Source of the DNA: Takakia lepidozioides
Taxonomy: Eukaryota > Plantae > Bryophyta
Reading direction: 5' to 3'
Length of the DNA: 64,000 bases
Assembly (NCBI GenBank): GCA_030704615.1
Contig: CM060733.1
Coordinates: 53,816,001-53,880,000, forward strand
Part shown: positions 63,255 to 64,000 of the stretch, piece after piece
Layout of the letters: the number at the start of each line of letters is the position of its first letter
How positions within the stretch are numbered: the stretch's first letter is position 1
Made by a program: the position numbers and the translations under genes
The notes under the pieces: generated by a model
Told to the model about the DNA's origin: nothing
Seen by the model: only the letters and a program-made list of their open reading frames with translations
The model's database searches: none

Positions 63255-64000
63255 TTGGTGGGTACGTGGGACCGAGATGCTCCATTATTCGAGCCCGCAC
63301 TGCTCTTCCACTTCTCATCATTTCAAAAATCTAAGGGCTTCGTTGCTGTCCGCAAGGTCATTGTCATCGGCATCAAAGACGTCATCAGGTCCTTCTTTGC
63401 AAGGATGCCATGCTTCTGGAACTGGGACGACTGCCCTTATGGAGGCTTCGATTATGCAATGTATTCGGCCACATTGGGAGACATCGTTATCTAGTACACA
63501 GTTTACACAGAAGATACTGGTTCAAATGTGGAAACATTGTCCGCTTTTGAGAGTATCCCAGGCCACTACGCCTTCGAGCGGGGTGACGATCTTGGTCTGA
63601 GGAGTCCGTGGCTCCTACGCATCCTTGATTCCGATTTTCCCAGCTACGACGGGCACCCATGCAGAAGAATGCGCACTGCTATGATATTGCGGTGGAACTG
63701 CTGCCAGTGGACGTGGGTGGACTCTATCGGAGAGACGTATACTCCTGAAGGAGTGCGCTCCTCTTCTCCATTGTATGGGGACATTCGCATTGGTGTGGAT
63801 GACGAAAACGTGAAACTTTCCATATTCGATGGTGGTATGATTGAAGGGCACGCCATTGTGGTGAACATCAACAGGGGCGGTACAACGGCTGCAATCCAGT
63901 TTGACGTACAAGCCGAACGAATTTGTATGCATTATGACTTGCTCCTTCGCATTTGTCATTACCTGCGATTCCCACATGCATTGTCACGTAGCAGTTCATG
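63255..64000 (+). pseudogene. Unknown protein, RWNCCQW family, copy 2 (one TAG; runs off the window)
   Basis: FARMPCFWNWDDCPYGGFDYAMYSATLGDIVI*YTVYTE...FERGD...PWLLRILD...RTAMILRWNCCQWT...YGDIRI...DGGMIEGHAIVV in one frame. Confidence 0.6.

Overview
Eukaryotic, intron-containing, TE-rich nuclear DNA from a seed-free land plant (bryophyte grade, most likely a moss or liverwort, judged from the phytochrome sequence). There are three apparently intact host genes: a 4-exon DUF3007 plastid membrane protein (2092-4085 +), an intronless MATE/DTX transporter (5261-6811 -) and a 6-exon canonical phytochrome (26260-30920 -, 1126 aa). The rest is mostly mobile DNA: a near full-length decayed L1-type LINE plus a 3' fragment, a hAT transposase remnant, a CAGTGTT-terminated hAT-MITE family with GTNNNNAC target sites (one copy carries a UTP21/WDR36-like gene fragment), a piggyBac-like transposase, a Pif1-helicase plus AP-endonuclease (Helentron-type) fragment, and several tandem repeats. 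The most unusual region is 48-64 kb. It holds two decayed, spliced genes with prokaryote/phage-like domains (ParB-like plus DNA amino-methyltransferase-like; and beta-class methyltransferase-like), each accompanied by its own palindromic DNA motif confined to introns or flanks, followed by a head-to-head pair of paralogous unknown genes (RWNCCQW motif). The second highlight is a set of inverted intronic repeats in PHY that flank the HisKA exon and carry perfect cryptic 5' splice sites together with their antisense complement. All domain calls are from motif recognition by eye; no database search was run.
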